Shown here: positions 1-7,811 of the stretch, piece by piece
How positions within the stretch are numbered: the stretch's first letter is position 1
Layout: every line of letters begins with the position of its first letter
Source of the DNA: Calditrichota bacterium
Lineage (GTDB): Bacteria; Electryoneota; RPQS01
Direction: 5' to 3'
Length of the DNA: 64,000 nucleotides
NCBI GenBank assembly: GCA_020637445.1
Contig: JACJVZ010000001.1
Span: 1,647,947 to 1,711,946 of the forward strand
Made by a program: the position numbers and the translations under genes
Notes under the pieces: generated by a model
Told to the model about the DNA's origin: nothing
Seen by the model: only the letters and a program-made list of their open reading frames with translations
The model's database searches: none

Positions 1-936
1 ACTGTTACAGCGTCACTTTGTGGTTCGGAGTATGATACAGGGATCGAAATTCGTGCAGGCGGTCCTTGTCCGGGAAATATCCAAATTGCCTGCAACGATA
101 ACTCTTGCGACTTTCAGAGTGAGGCAAGTTTTTTTGCCGAATCAGGCGTCCGCTATTACTTCATCGTACACGGGCACGCAAATTCAGCCGGACCTTTTAC
201 GTTAAACGTAACAGGAACGATTGGCGGTGTTCGCTCGAACGATCACTGCCCGGGCGCAACGGCCATCACGCAATTGCCGTATACAGACGTAGGCAGCACG
301 CGTTGCGCGCACAACGACCGCCCGAATTGCGTAGGTGTCGACAGCAAGGATTTGTTCTATTCGCTCAATTTGGAAGCCTGCGAAGTAGTGACCGTGTCAC
401 TTTGCGGATCGGACTTCGACACGGGACTGGAAATTCGCACAGGCGGTTCCAGTTGTCCCGGTACGACTTTAGTTGCATGCAACGACAACTTCTGTGATTT
501 GCAGAGCCGAGCAACATTTACTGCTCTCGCAGGCATTGATTACTGGTTCGTTGTTCACGGTCAAAACATGGAGGCCGGGCCGTTCGTATTGAACGTAACG
601 GGAACTGCTTGCGCTCCGGAATCGCTGGTTGTAACGCGCGTGAACAATGACATTAATCTGCGCTGGGCACCGGTTGGACCGCAAGGCTCCGTTATTTACT
701 CGGTGTACAGATCCGCCAATTCAAGCATACTGCCCGTGCCCGCAAATCTGATTGGCACAACAACAAATGGTTTCTATTCCGATGCAGACGCCATGTTGAA
801 TCCCGGGCTTCGATACTATTATGTCGTTACAGCATCAACAGAGCCACTTCAAATGAATGCTCGCAAAGACGCGCCTGCTGCGACTCAGAGTTCAAACAGC
901 TTGAGGGTGTTACCCACTGCTAAATCCGATTTCTGA
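1..936 (+). CDS. 3' part of a secreted metalloprotease-family paralog (5' end lies outside the window). Covers two Cys-rich ~125-aa repeats and a C-terminal FN3-like domain, about 65% aa identical to the C-terminus of the 1342..5070 protein.
   Basis: Frame 1 is open from position 1 with no upstream stop in the window. Translation 'TVTASLCGSEYDTGIEIRAGGPCPGN...YYFIVHG...NVTG' aligns with repeats 3-4 and the FN3-like tail of the downstream gene. TGA stop at 934-936. Confidence 0.6.
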   Translation, partial: TVTASLCGSEYDTGIEIRAGGPCPGNIQIACNDNSCDFQSEASFFAESGVRYYFIVHGHANSAGPFTLNVTGTIGGVRSNDHCPGATAITQLPYTDVGSTRCAHNDRPNCVGVDSKDLFYSLNLEACEVVTVSLCGSDFDTGLEIRTGGSSCPGTTLVACNDNFCDLQSRATFTALAGIDYWFVVHGQNMEAGPFVLNVTGTACAPESLVVTRVNNDINLRWAPVGPQGSVIYSVYRSANSSILPVPANLIGTTTNGFYSDADAMLNPGLRYYYVVTASTEPLQMNARKDAPAATQSSNSLRVLPTAKSDF

Positions 937-1048
937 AAAGTCACGAATTCGGCAGCAGCCGGGGTTCGGGAATCTGACCAAAGAACTTCTTTTCCATATT
1001 TTCTGAAATAACGAGACTCGGAATAGACCGTGAAGTTTTTGAGTGAAG

Positions 1049-1084
1049 CAAAGGGCCGCTAATAAGCGGCCCTTTGCTTTTGGC
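1049..1084 (+). terminator. Rho-independent terminator (GC stem gcaaagggccgc / gcggccctttgc with a T-tract).
   Basis: 12-bp perfect stem 1049-1060 / 1067-1078, loop taataa, followed by tttgcttttgg. Confidence 0.7.
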
Positions 1085-1380
1085 TGTCCCGAGAAATTCA
1101 CTCCCAAAACTCACTTGCCGGACTTCCTGTTTGCCTTCCTCCTGTTGACCATCGAGGTGACGTTTTGCCCCCGCACGCTCGACTAAGCCACCTGCTTCCT
1201 TTTCTATTATTCAATTGAATTGTTTGCTATGCTGGGTAGACCTGCTTGTGTTGGAGCGGGTCTTTTGTGTTTTTTTCTGAATTAGTTGAAAAGGCTTGCA
1301 AATCCAAATAAAAGATTCAAATATACTACATAGTCCGCTAATTGGTTGTAAAGTATGGAGAATCAAGCGAGGATTTCAGT

Positions 1381-4300
1381 ATGGATTTGTCTAAGAGACT
1401 GTTAAGAAAAGCAATTGTGGCTGTCGCTATGGCAGCCATCGCGCTGGCCAACTTGGCCTTTGCCGTCCATGTCTATGAGGTCAACCCTCTTGAGACACCG
1501 CCGACTCATTGGGACGAAGGCAGCGCATGGGAAAATGACGGGAATGCGGTGATTGACACCCGTTCGGGCCGCCTACAATCCGTCAGCCAGCTTCACGAAG
1601 GTCCTTATAGCGGAACACCGGAGGAAGCCGCTTGGGAGTTTCTGTCGGCACATAAAGATTGGTTGGGTATGGCTCCGACCAAAGACGGACTTCAGGTGGC
1701 GCGCTCCGCGGAATCTCCCGGCGGCTACCACGTGACATTTGAGCGAGTCATTAACGGCGTGCGAGTCTACCCGGGCAACGCGGTCGTCTCGTTTGACCGC
1801 GACATGTACGCCACTTTCTATTTTTCGAGTCTTTACCTCTTCGATAATACGGTCGTCACGACTCCCGCGATCTCTTCGAGCATGGCGATTCAGATTGCCA
1901 AATCATATGTTGAGCCCCAAACAGAGGCGATCTTCGGCCCTGAGACGGATTTGGTGGTTTGGGCCGGTGACAACCGCGATTTTGCGTTGTGCTGGCGAGT
2001 GCTCGTAAACTACTCCGAGGAATCGGATGCCGGCGGAGATTGGGAGATCATGGTCGAAGCGAGCAGCGGGGCGATTTTGCGCGCCAAGGATATTGCGATG
2101 GCCGTGAATGGTACGGGATACGTTTTTGATCCGAATCCGATTGTGACGTCGGGCATGCCGTACGGATCGACCGGATTGACGGACAACAATGACGCAGATT
2201 CTCCGCAGCTAACCGCGCAGAGATTCAACAGGACGTTGCTGGACATTTCTTCATTTCCGTTGTTTGGCACGACTTACTACTATCTGACCGGTCCCTATTG
2301 TGACATCGACGACATCGAAGCGCCGACAATAGCACCGGTAATTCAGGCTGGCAGCTCGGCGTTCAACTATACTCGCTCCGCGGATGCCTTTGAAGACGTC
2401 GTTACGTACTACCACATTGACAAGAGTCAACGTTGGATGCGCTCGTTGGGATTTTTGAGCATTCAAAATGCGCCGTTGCCTTGTGATCCTCACGCCGAAA
2501 ATTTCAGTTGCAACGCGCACTATCATCCGTCTGGCAATTACCTGACGTTTGGACAAGGCTCAAGCACGTCGGATGCGGATGCCGCCGAAGATGCGGACGT
2601 TGTCCTCCACGAATACGGTCATGCGATCCACAACTCGATTACTCCGGGCTGGGGCGGCGGCGACGAAGGTCGTCTTGGTGAAGGCTGGGGCGACTACTGG
2701 GCGAATTCGTACAGTCGATCCGTGTCGACCTACGGTGGGAACTGGGTCGTGAACTGGGCATTGCAGCCATGTTTCGGGGGCAGGTCGATGCAAGCGGGAT
2801 TGCACTATCCCGAAGACAATACGGGTGTTCATTACGGCGGACAAATTTGGAGTCAGGCTCTGCACGACGCGGAGATAAACATCAACAGCCGCACGGTAAT
2901 GAACAAGGTCTCGCTGCAGAGCTATTATTACTACGGCACCGGTGCTTCGATGCTCACCGCTGCAAATGCGGTGATCACAGCGGATCAGAACCTCTATAGC
3001 GGATCACATGTCGGCGGCATCACGACGTCGTTTGTTGCACGCGGATTAATCGATCCGCCGAACAACGACGAATGCCCCGGCTACACGATCTCTGCACTTC
3101 CGTATGTCGGCGTCGGCAGTACGGCAACAGCAGCATTTAACTACTCGCATTCTTGTGCGTCCTCCAACGCTCAAGACGTCGTTTACACGTTGTCTCCGGC
3201 AGCCTGCCCGCGCGACATCGTGGTCAGCTTGTGCGGTTCGAGCTACGACACCGCAGTCGAAATTCGTTATGGCGGGTCATGTCCGGGAAGTTTTTCGGCG
3301 GGGTGCAATGACGACTACAGCGGCTGCGGCCTGCAAAGCCAGATAGCTTTTACAGCGGACGCGAACACGACGTACTACATCATTGTTTTCGGATTCAGCA
3401 CGAACTCCGGCAGCTACAATATCGCAGTGACCGGCTCCGCGCACGATCCGATTCCGGCGAACGACTCGTGCCCCGGATCAACCGTCATCAGTACGCTTCC
3501 GTACAGCGATTCGGGAACGACCTGTGGCGCGACAAACAACTACAATACTTGCGTGGGAACGTCGTCACCCGAAGTGGTTTACACGTACACATCTCCAACT
3601 TGTCAGACCGTGACGGTTTCTTTGTGCGGATCGAGCTATGACACGGCGATTGAAGTCCGCTCCGGCGGAAGCTGTCCGGGAAACACGCTCGTTGCCTGCA
3701 ACGATGATTATTGCGGGCTTTCCAGCCAAGTGACATTTGAGGCGGCGGCAAACCAAACTTACTACTTCTTCGTGCACGGCTACTCTACGACGAGTCAAGG
3801 GAATTACGTCCTAAACGTTACGTCAGGCGGCCTGTTTGTTCCGGCTAATGATACATGTCCGGGCACGACCATTAACTCGCTGCCTTTCACGGACAATGGC
3901 AACACCGTTTGCGCGAACAACGACTTCGCCAACTGTATCGGCACAACTTCACCGGACGTCGTGTATAACTACACTCCGTTGGCATGCGGAATGGTGACCG
4001 TGTCGTTGTGCGGTTCGAACTACGACACTGCCATCGAAGTACGCGCAGGCGGCGACTGTCCCGGGTTGGTTCGCGTCAATTGCAACGACGATTTCTGCAG
4101 CTTGCAGAGCGAGCTAACCTTCTTCGCCGAAGCGGGAGTCCACTATTACTTCATCGTACACGGATTCTTCACATACGCCGGACCGTACACGATCAACGTC
4201 GCCGGTCAGTCCGGCGGTATACGCCCGAACGACGCCTGCACGGGTGCCTATGCAATTACGCAACTTCCGTACACCGACGTGGGCAGCACGTATTGCGCGG

Positions 4301-5070
4301 ACAACGACAATGCCAATTGCGTCGGCACGAATAGCTGGGATGTTTTCTATTCTTTGCAACTCGAGTCGTGCACGGAAGTCACAGTTTCGCTGTGCGGTTC
4401 GGAGTATGATACGGGTTTGGAAATTCGCTCCGGCGGTTTCACTTGCCCGGGAACGATATCGATTGCCTGCAACGACGACAACTACTGCGGCGACCAATAT
4501 GTGCTTCAAAGCACCGCGACGTTTACGGCATTGTCCGGCCGTCCGTACTGGATCATCGTGCACGGTTATTCGGGTTATGCTGGACCGTTCATTATGAATG
4601 TGACGGGCAATACGTGTTCTCCGGAATCTTTGGTCGTGATTCGCCAGAACAACGACATCTATTTGGATTGGGCGCCGGTCGCATCTTCCGGTTCAGTCAC
4701 ATATAGTGTTTATCGTACGACGACACCGGATCCGCAGCCGATTGCCGCCAATTTGATTGGCACCACGGCGAACGCGTTCTACACCGATGCGAATGCGACG
4801 GCGAATCCGAACTTGCAGTACTACTACATCGTCACGGCATTGGGCCCGACGCTTCTGCTGGACACGCCGGGTGACGCCGCGATTGCATCTGTTCAGACGA
4901 AAACGGAGACCGTTGAAGCGACGACTGAATCGATGAGCTTTTATCTTAATCCCGATTGGATCTCCGGCCCGAATCCCGACAAGCCGCAGCCGGACGAGGA
5001 ATTTGTTCCGGCGGTCAATTGGTACGGCACGCTGGCTCCGCAACCCGAATCAAAACAGGTCAAGAATTAG
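1381..5070 (+). CDS. Secreted zinc metalloprotease of the M36 fungalysin / M4 thermolysin-like (gluzincin) type. Four tandem Cys-rich ~125-aa repeats and a C-terminal FN3-like domain. The ORF opens at 1342; the probable start is ATG 1381 (MDLSKRLLRK..., signal peptide), preceded by GAGGA.
   Basis: 'VVLHEYGHAIHNS' HEXXH motif, followed 20 aa later by 'GEGWGDYWA' (gluzincin third zinc ligand). Signal-peptide-like 'AIVAVAMAAIALANLAFA'. Four repeats of the C-P-G...LPY...C.G...DVVY...C..VTVSLCGS.YDT..E.R.GG.CPG...CNDD.C.LQS...YY.IVHG...NVTG pattern. Confidence 0.75.
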   Translation: MDLSKRLLRKAIVAVAMAAIALANLAFAVHVYEVNPLETPPTHWDEGSAWENDGNAVIDTRSGRLQSVSQLHEGPYSGTPEEAAWEFLSAHKDWLGMAPTKDGLQVARSAESPGGYHVTFERVINGVRVYPGNAVVSFDRDMYATFYFSSLYLFDNTVVTTPAISSSMAIQIAKSYVEPQTEAIFGPETDLVVWAGDNRDFALCWRVLVNYSEESDAGGDWEIMVEASSGAILRAKDIAMAVNGTGYVFDPNPIVTSGMPYGSTGLTDNNDADSPQLTAQRFNRTLLDISSFPLFGTTYYYLTGPYCDIDDIEAPTIAPVIQAGSSAFNYTRSADAFEDVVTYYHIDKSQRWMRSLGFLSIQNAPLPCDPHAENFSCNAHYHPSGNYLTFGQGSSTSDADAAEDADVVLHEYGHAIHNSITPGWGGGDEGRLGEGWGDYWANSYSRSVSTYGGNWVVNWALQPCFGGRSMQAGLHYPEDNTGVHYGGQIWSQALHDAEININSRTVMNKVSLQSYYYYGTGASMLTAANAVITADQNLYSGSHVGGITTSFVARGLIDPPNNDECPGYTISALPYVGVGSTATAAFNYSHSCASSNAQDVVYTLSPAACPRDIVVSLCGSSYDTAVEIRYGGSCPGSFSAGCNDDYSGCGLQSQIAFTADANTTYYIIVFGFSTNSGSYNIAVTGSAHDPIPANDSCPGSTVISTLPYSDSGTTCGATNNYNTCVGTSSPEVVYTYTSPTCQTVTVSLCGSSYDTAIEVRSGGSCPGNTLVACNDDYCGLSSQVTFEAAANQTYYFFVHGYSTTSQGNYVLNVTSGGLFVPANDTCPGTTINSLPFTDNGNTVCANNDFANCIGTTSPDVVYNYTPLACGMVTVSLCGSNYDTAIEVRAGGDCPGLVRVNCNDDFCSLQSELTFFAEAGVHYYFIVHGFFTYAGPYTINVAGQSGGIRPNDACTGAYAITQLPYTDVGSTYCADNDNANCVGTNSWDVFYSLQLESCTEVTVSLCGSEYDTGLEIRSGGFTCPGTISIACNDDNYCGDQYVLQSTATFTALSGRPYWIIVHGYSGYAGPFIMNVTGNTCSPESLVVIRQNNDIYLDWAPVASSGSVTYSVYRTTTPDPQPIAANLIGTTANAFYTDANATANPNLQYYYIVTALGPTLLLDTPGDAAIASVQTKTETVEATTESMSFYLNPDWISGPNPDKPQPDEEFVPAVNWYGTLAPQPESKQVKN

Positions 5071-5090
5071 CGCTGGCGAAAATTGAAAGC

Positions 5091-5124
5091 AAAAAAGGGT
5101 TCTCCAATCGGAGAACCCTTTTTG
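5091..5124. terminator. Bidirectional Rho-independent terminator (A6-GGGTTCTCC-aatc-GGAGAACCC-T5).
   Basis: 9-bp GC-rich stem flanked by an A-run and a T-run. Sits between a + gene (ends 5070) and a - gene (ends 5141). Confidence 0.75.
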
Positions 5125-5140
5125 TAGTGCCTCAATTTGG

Positions 5141-5638
5141 CTATTGAACTTCAGCTATAGAAAGCGACGGATAGAGTTTTTCAACGTCGAGGAGACAAGT
5201 AACGACTCCCGATTGCGAATGAGGCCAGTATCCAAGAATCGCCTCGTAGTGCTTCAGACCACCAACGGTGTCGGGGTGCTGCACTTCCTGTTCGTTGATC
5301 TGCACGACGGAGTGCAGCGAATCTACGCAAATTCCGACCAATCCTCCGTCTCCTGAAAGAACAATGACGACTTGACGAGTGGTATCTTTGACCTGTTGGA
5401 TAGCCTCGTTCAAAAGGGTCACTAAACGCGAGAGAGTGGTGCCCCTGTGCTCTTCGATTAGTGCCTGCGCTTCGGCCTTCTTTCCACTTTTTCCCAATTC
5501 AATTGCTGTTTTGCCAAGCTCGTGAATCTTGGCGTGAGGAATCACCGCTTGCTGCAGCAAAACTCTCAATTTCGGATCATCCGTTTCAAAAGCAGCGTAC
5601 CATTTCCCGAATTTGCATTGCGTGGGATCAAGGCTCAA
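5141..5638 (-). CDS. cheW: C-terminal segment of a CheW-family coupling protein. Contains the Cys/His half of a CZB zinc-binding domain plus the CheW C-terminal subdomain. Lies in-frame downstream of the 5663..5995 ORF, separated only by a TGA.
   Basis: 'CKFGKWY' and 'PHAKIHEL' (CZB C-x-x-G-x-W and H-x-x-x-H motifs). 'QVVIVLSGDGGLVGICVDSLHSVVQINEQEVQ...VVTCLLDVEKL' matches the CheW second subdomain. The listed start is a TTG. Confidence 0.6.
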   Translation of the reverse strand: MSLDPTQCKFGKWYAAFETDDPKLRVLLQQAVIPHAKIHELGKTAIELGKSGKKAEAQALIEEHRGTTLSRLVTLLNEAIQQVKDTTRQVVIVLSGDGGLVGICVDSLHSVVQINEQEVQHPDTVGGLKHYEAILGYWPHSQSGVVTCLLDVEKLYPSLSIAEVQ

Positions 5639-5662
5639 CTTGAATTCGCATCCTTCTTGAAT

Positions 5663-5995
5663 TCAGGTGCCGAGCGAATTCAACCAATTGACATGGTCTT
5701 CTTTGCGAGCTTCGAGGGTATCGATGATTTCTATGCTGGCGTGGTCATTCGCCATTCCGAGAATTCTCCGCATATCCATGACAGGAATAATCTCGTTGCG
5801 GAGAATGGCAACCCCAAGCTGCTCGGGCGGCTGTTTTGGAACTGTGCGTGTCGCCATCAATGCGACCATTTCCCGAACATGGCCGATCTCAACCCCATAG
5901 ATTTCCGTCCCCAAACAGAACGTGACCCACTTTCCAGCCATAAGTTGCTCCTTATTAGCAATGAACCATTCGGAAAGAAGCAATATAGGATCCAC
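5663..5995 (-). CDS. cheW: N-terminal segment of the same CheW-family protein: CheW first subdomain plus the H-x-x-W start of the CZB domain. Ends at an in-frame TGA (5663-5665).
   Basis: 'WVTFCLGTEIYGVEIGHVREMV...TRTVPKQPPEQLGVAILRNEIIPVMDMRRILG' is the CheW N-subdomain. It ends '...DHVNWLNSLGT*'. Same reading frame as 5141..5638. Confidence 0.6.
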   Translation of the reverse strand: MDPILLLSEWFIANKEQLMAGKWVTFCLGTEIYGVEIGHVREMVALMATRTVPKQPPEQLGVAILRNEIIPVMDMRRILGMANDHASIEIIDTLEARKEDHVNWLNSLGT

Positions 5996-6129
5996 TTTTG
6001 TAATGTCTACATTCCAATTAATATTTACAAGTCATTAGCTTGCAAGAGGATGCTGGCCGGAACTCCACAAAGCGAAAATGAGCCAGCAGAATTGCTCTAC
6101 CGGCTCAAATTTTCGGAGAAGTGGACCTT

Positions 6130-7509
6130 TTAGTCCACGGCGATCCCTTCCTCACGGTACTCACGCAGTTTGTTGCGGAGAGTGCGGATTGAAATGCCGA
6201 GGGACTCTGCGGTTTTCGTACGGTTGTTGTCATGCACGCGTAGCGCACGGAAAATAGCGGCCTTTTCGATTTCGGACAACGTTGCCGTGGCTTGCGCATC
6301 GAGCGTGAACATGGTTTCAGAGCTCGGCGAAGTTTCGATGCCGTCGAGATAGAGATGCTTGGTACGAATGTGGGTGTCATCGCACATAATCACGGCGCGC
6401 TCCATCTTATGCTGCAATTCGCGGACATTGCCGGGCCATTCGTAGGACATCAATTGCTCCATGGAGATTTCGTCGATGCCCTGAATATCTTTCGCATACT
6501 CGGTGGCATAGAAAGAAACGAAATGGCTGGCCAAAACGGGAATATCTTCGCGGCGGTCGCGCAATGGGCTTACCATGATCGGGCAGACGTTCAAACGGTG
6601 GAAGAGGTCTTCGCGGAATTGCTCGTCGGCGATGGCCTTCTTTAAGTCACGGTTGGTCGTAGCCACAATCCGGACGTCGATCTTGATGGTTTCGCGTCCG
6701 CCGAGTTTTTCGAATTCACGCTCTTGCAGCACACGCAAGAGTTTGGCTTGCATCGTCGGCGACATTTCGCTGACTTCGTCAAGCAGCAATGTTCCCCCGT
6801 GCGCCATTGCGAAGCGGCCCTCGACCGTCTTAATTGCACCGGTGAAGGCACCTTTTTCGTGTCCGAAGAGTTCCGATTCCATAAGAGTTTCGGGCATCGC
6901 GGCACAGTTGATTTTCACGAACGGGCCGCTGCGGCGCGGGCTGTTTTCATGCAGTGCACGGGCGATCAATTCCTTACCCGTCCCCGATTCGCCCTGAATT
7001 AGTACCGTCGCTTTGGTCGGCACGATCATCTCAAGTTGTTCGAGTACTTCGAGCATCTTGGGAGATTGGCCCAGAATATTATTGAACTGGAATTTCGTTC
7101 CGAGTTCGCGTTTTAGTTGATAGTTTTCGAGTTTTAGTTTACGCGCTTCGAATGCTTTCTGTATGCGCAATAATAAGGTTTCCTGCGGGAACGGCTTCTC
7201 AAGGAAATCAATGGCTCCGTCTTTCAGCGCGGCGACCGCTTCCGGCACGCTTCCGTACTGCGTCATGATCACGACGTCCACTCCGGGGAATCTCTCGTGG
7301 ACGGTTCGAAGGAGCTGAAGACCTGACATTTTGGGCATTCTGACGTCGGAAACGATCACGTCGAACTGTTGTCCGTCTTCAAGCAGGCTTAGGGCTGTTT
7401 GGCCGTCTTCGCAGGCTTCGACAGCATAGTTTCTTCTTTTCAGCGTTTGGACCAGCCAGTCGCGAAAATGTTGTTCGTCATCTACAACCAAAATACGATT
7501 CTTGGCCAT
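6130..7509 (-). CDS. Sigma-54-dependent two-component response regulator (NtrC family: REC + AAA+ sigma-54 activator + Fis-type HTH). The ORF extends to 7518; the probable start is MAKNRILVVDDE.
   Basis: 'ILVVDDE...VIVSDVRMP' (REC). 'GESGTGKELIARALH' (Walker A). 'GAFTGA' (sigma-54 contact). C-terminal 'RTKTAESLGISIRTLRNKL' HTH. Confidence 0.9.
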   Translation of the reverse strand: MAKNRILVVDDEQHFRDWLVQTLKRRNYAVEACEDGQTALSLLEDGQQFDVIVSDVRMPKMSGLQLLRTVHERFPGVDVVIMTQYGSVPEAVAALKDGAIDFLEKPFPQETLLLRIQKAFEARKLKLENYQLKRELGTKFQFNNILGQSPKMLEVLEQLEMIVPTKATVLIQGESGTGKELIARALHENSPRRSGPFVKINCAAMPETLMESELFGHEKGAFTGAIKTVEGRFAMAHGGTLLLDEVSEMSPTMQAKLLRVLQEREFEKLGGRETIKIDVRIVATTNRDLKKAIADEQFREDLFHRLNVCPIMVSPLRDRREDIPVLASHFVSFYATEYAKDIQGIDEISMEQLMSYEWPGNVRELQHKMERAVIMCDDTHIRTKHLYLDGIETSPSSETMFTLDAQATATLSEIEKAAIFRALRVHDNNRTKTAESLGISIRTLRNKLREYREEGIAVD

Positions 7510-7811
7510 AAGCAGCATCCTCGATTTAGCGTTCGGAAAGGGTCACTATACTTTGTAAAATCAGGAGTTGCGCCTCAAAACCCGCATTCTCCACGCTATA
7601 GCAAGTTCGACTACAACCTACGCTAAAATGGTAGGATACTGCGTGATTTGCCATAGGCTTGCGCAATATAACAATGGATTTTGAGTTTGTCAAGCAGAAT
7701 TTGCCGAGGGAAAGTGTTGCCGAGAGGCGGAGAGTTCTTCCTCCTATCTTGATTATCGGCGGATTTTTCGGTACATTTAGAGTTCACATTAAGACTCACA
7801 AAAACAAATAG

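Noticed and set aside
5996-6129. Possible sigma-54 (-24/-12) promoter upstream of CheW-CZB ('ccGGccagcatcctcTTGCAagc' on the minus strand).
   Set aside because: The GG to GC spacing is 14 rather than 10-11 nt and the -24 element is not TGGCAC-like.
5522-6133. 203-aa plus-strand ORF.
   Set aside because: Overlaps the minus-strand CheW-CZB gene, which has strong domain signal. Its own translation has no recognisable features.
7519-7811. Possible LexA/SOS box upstream of uvrA (short inverted repeat CCTAC-N10-GTAGG near 7611).
   Set aside because: Only 5-bp arms and no resemblance to known LexA-box families. Too weak to call.
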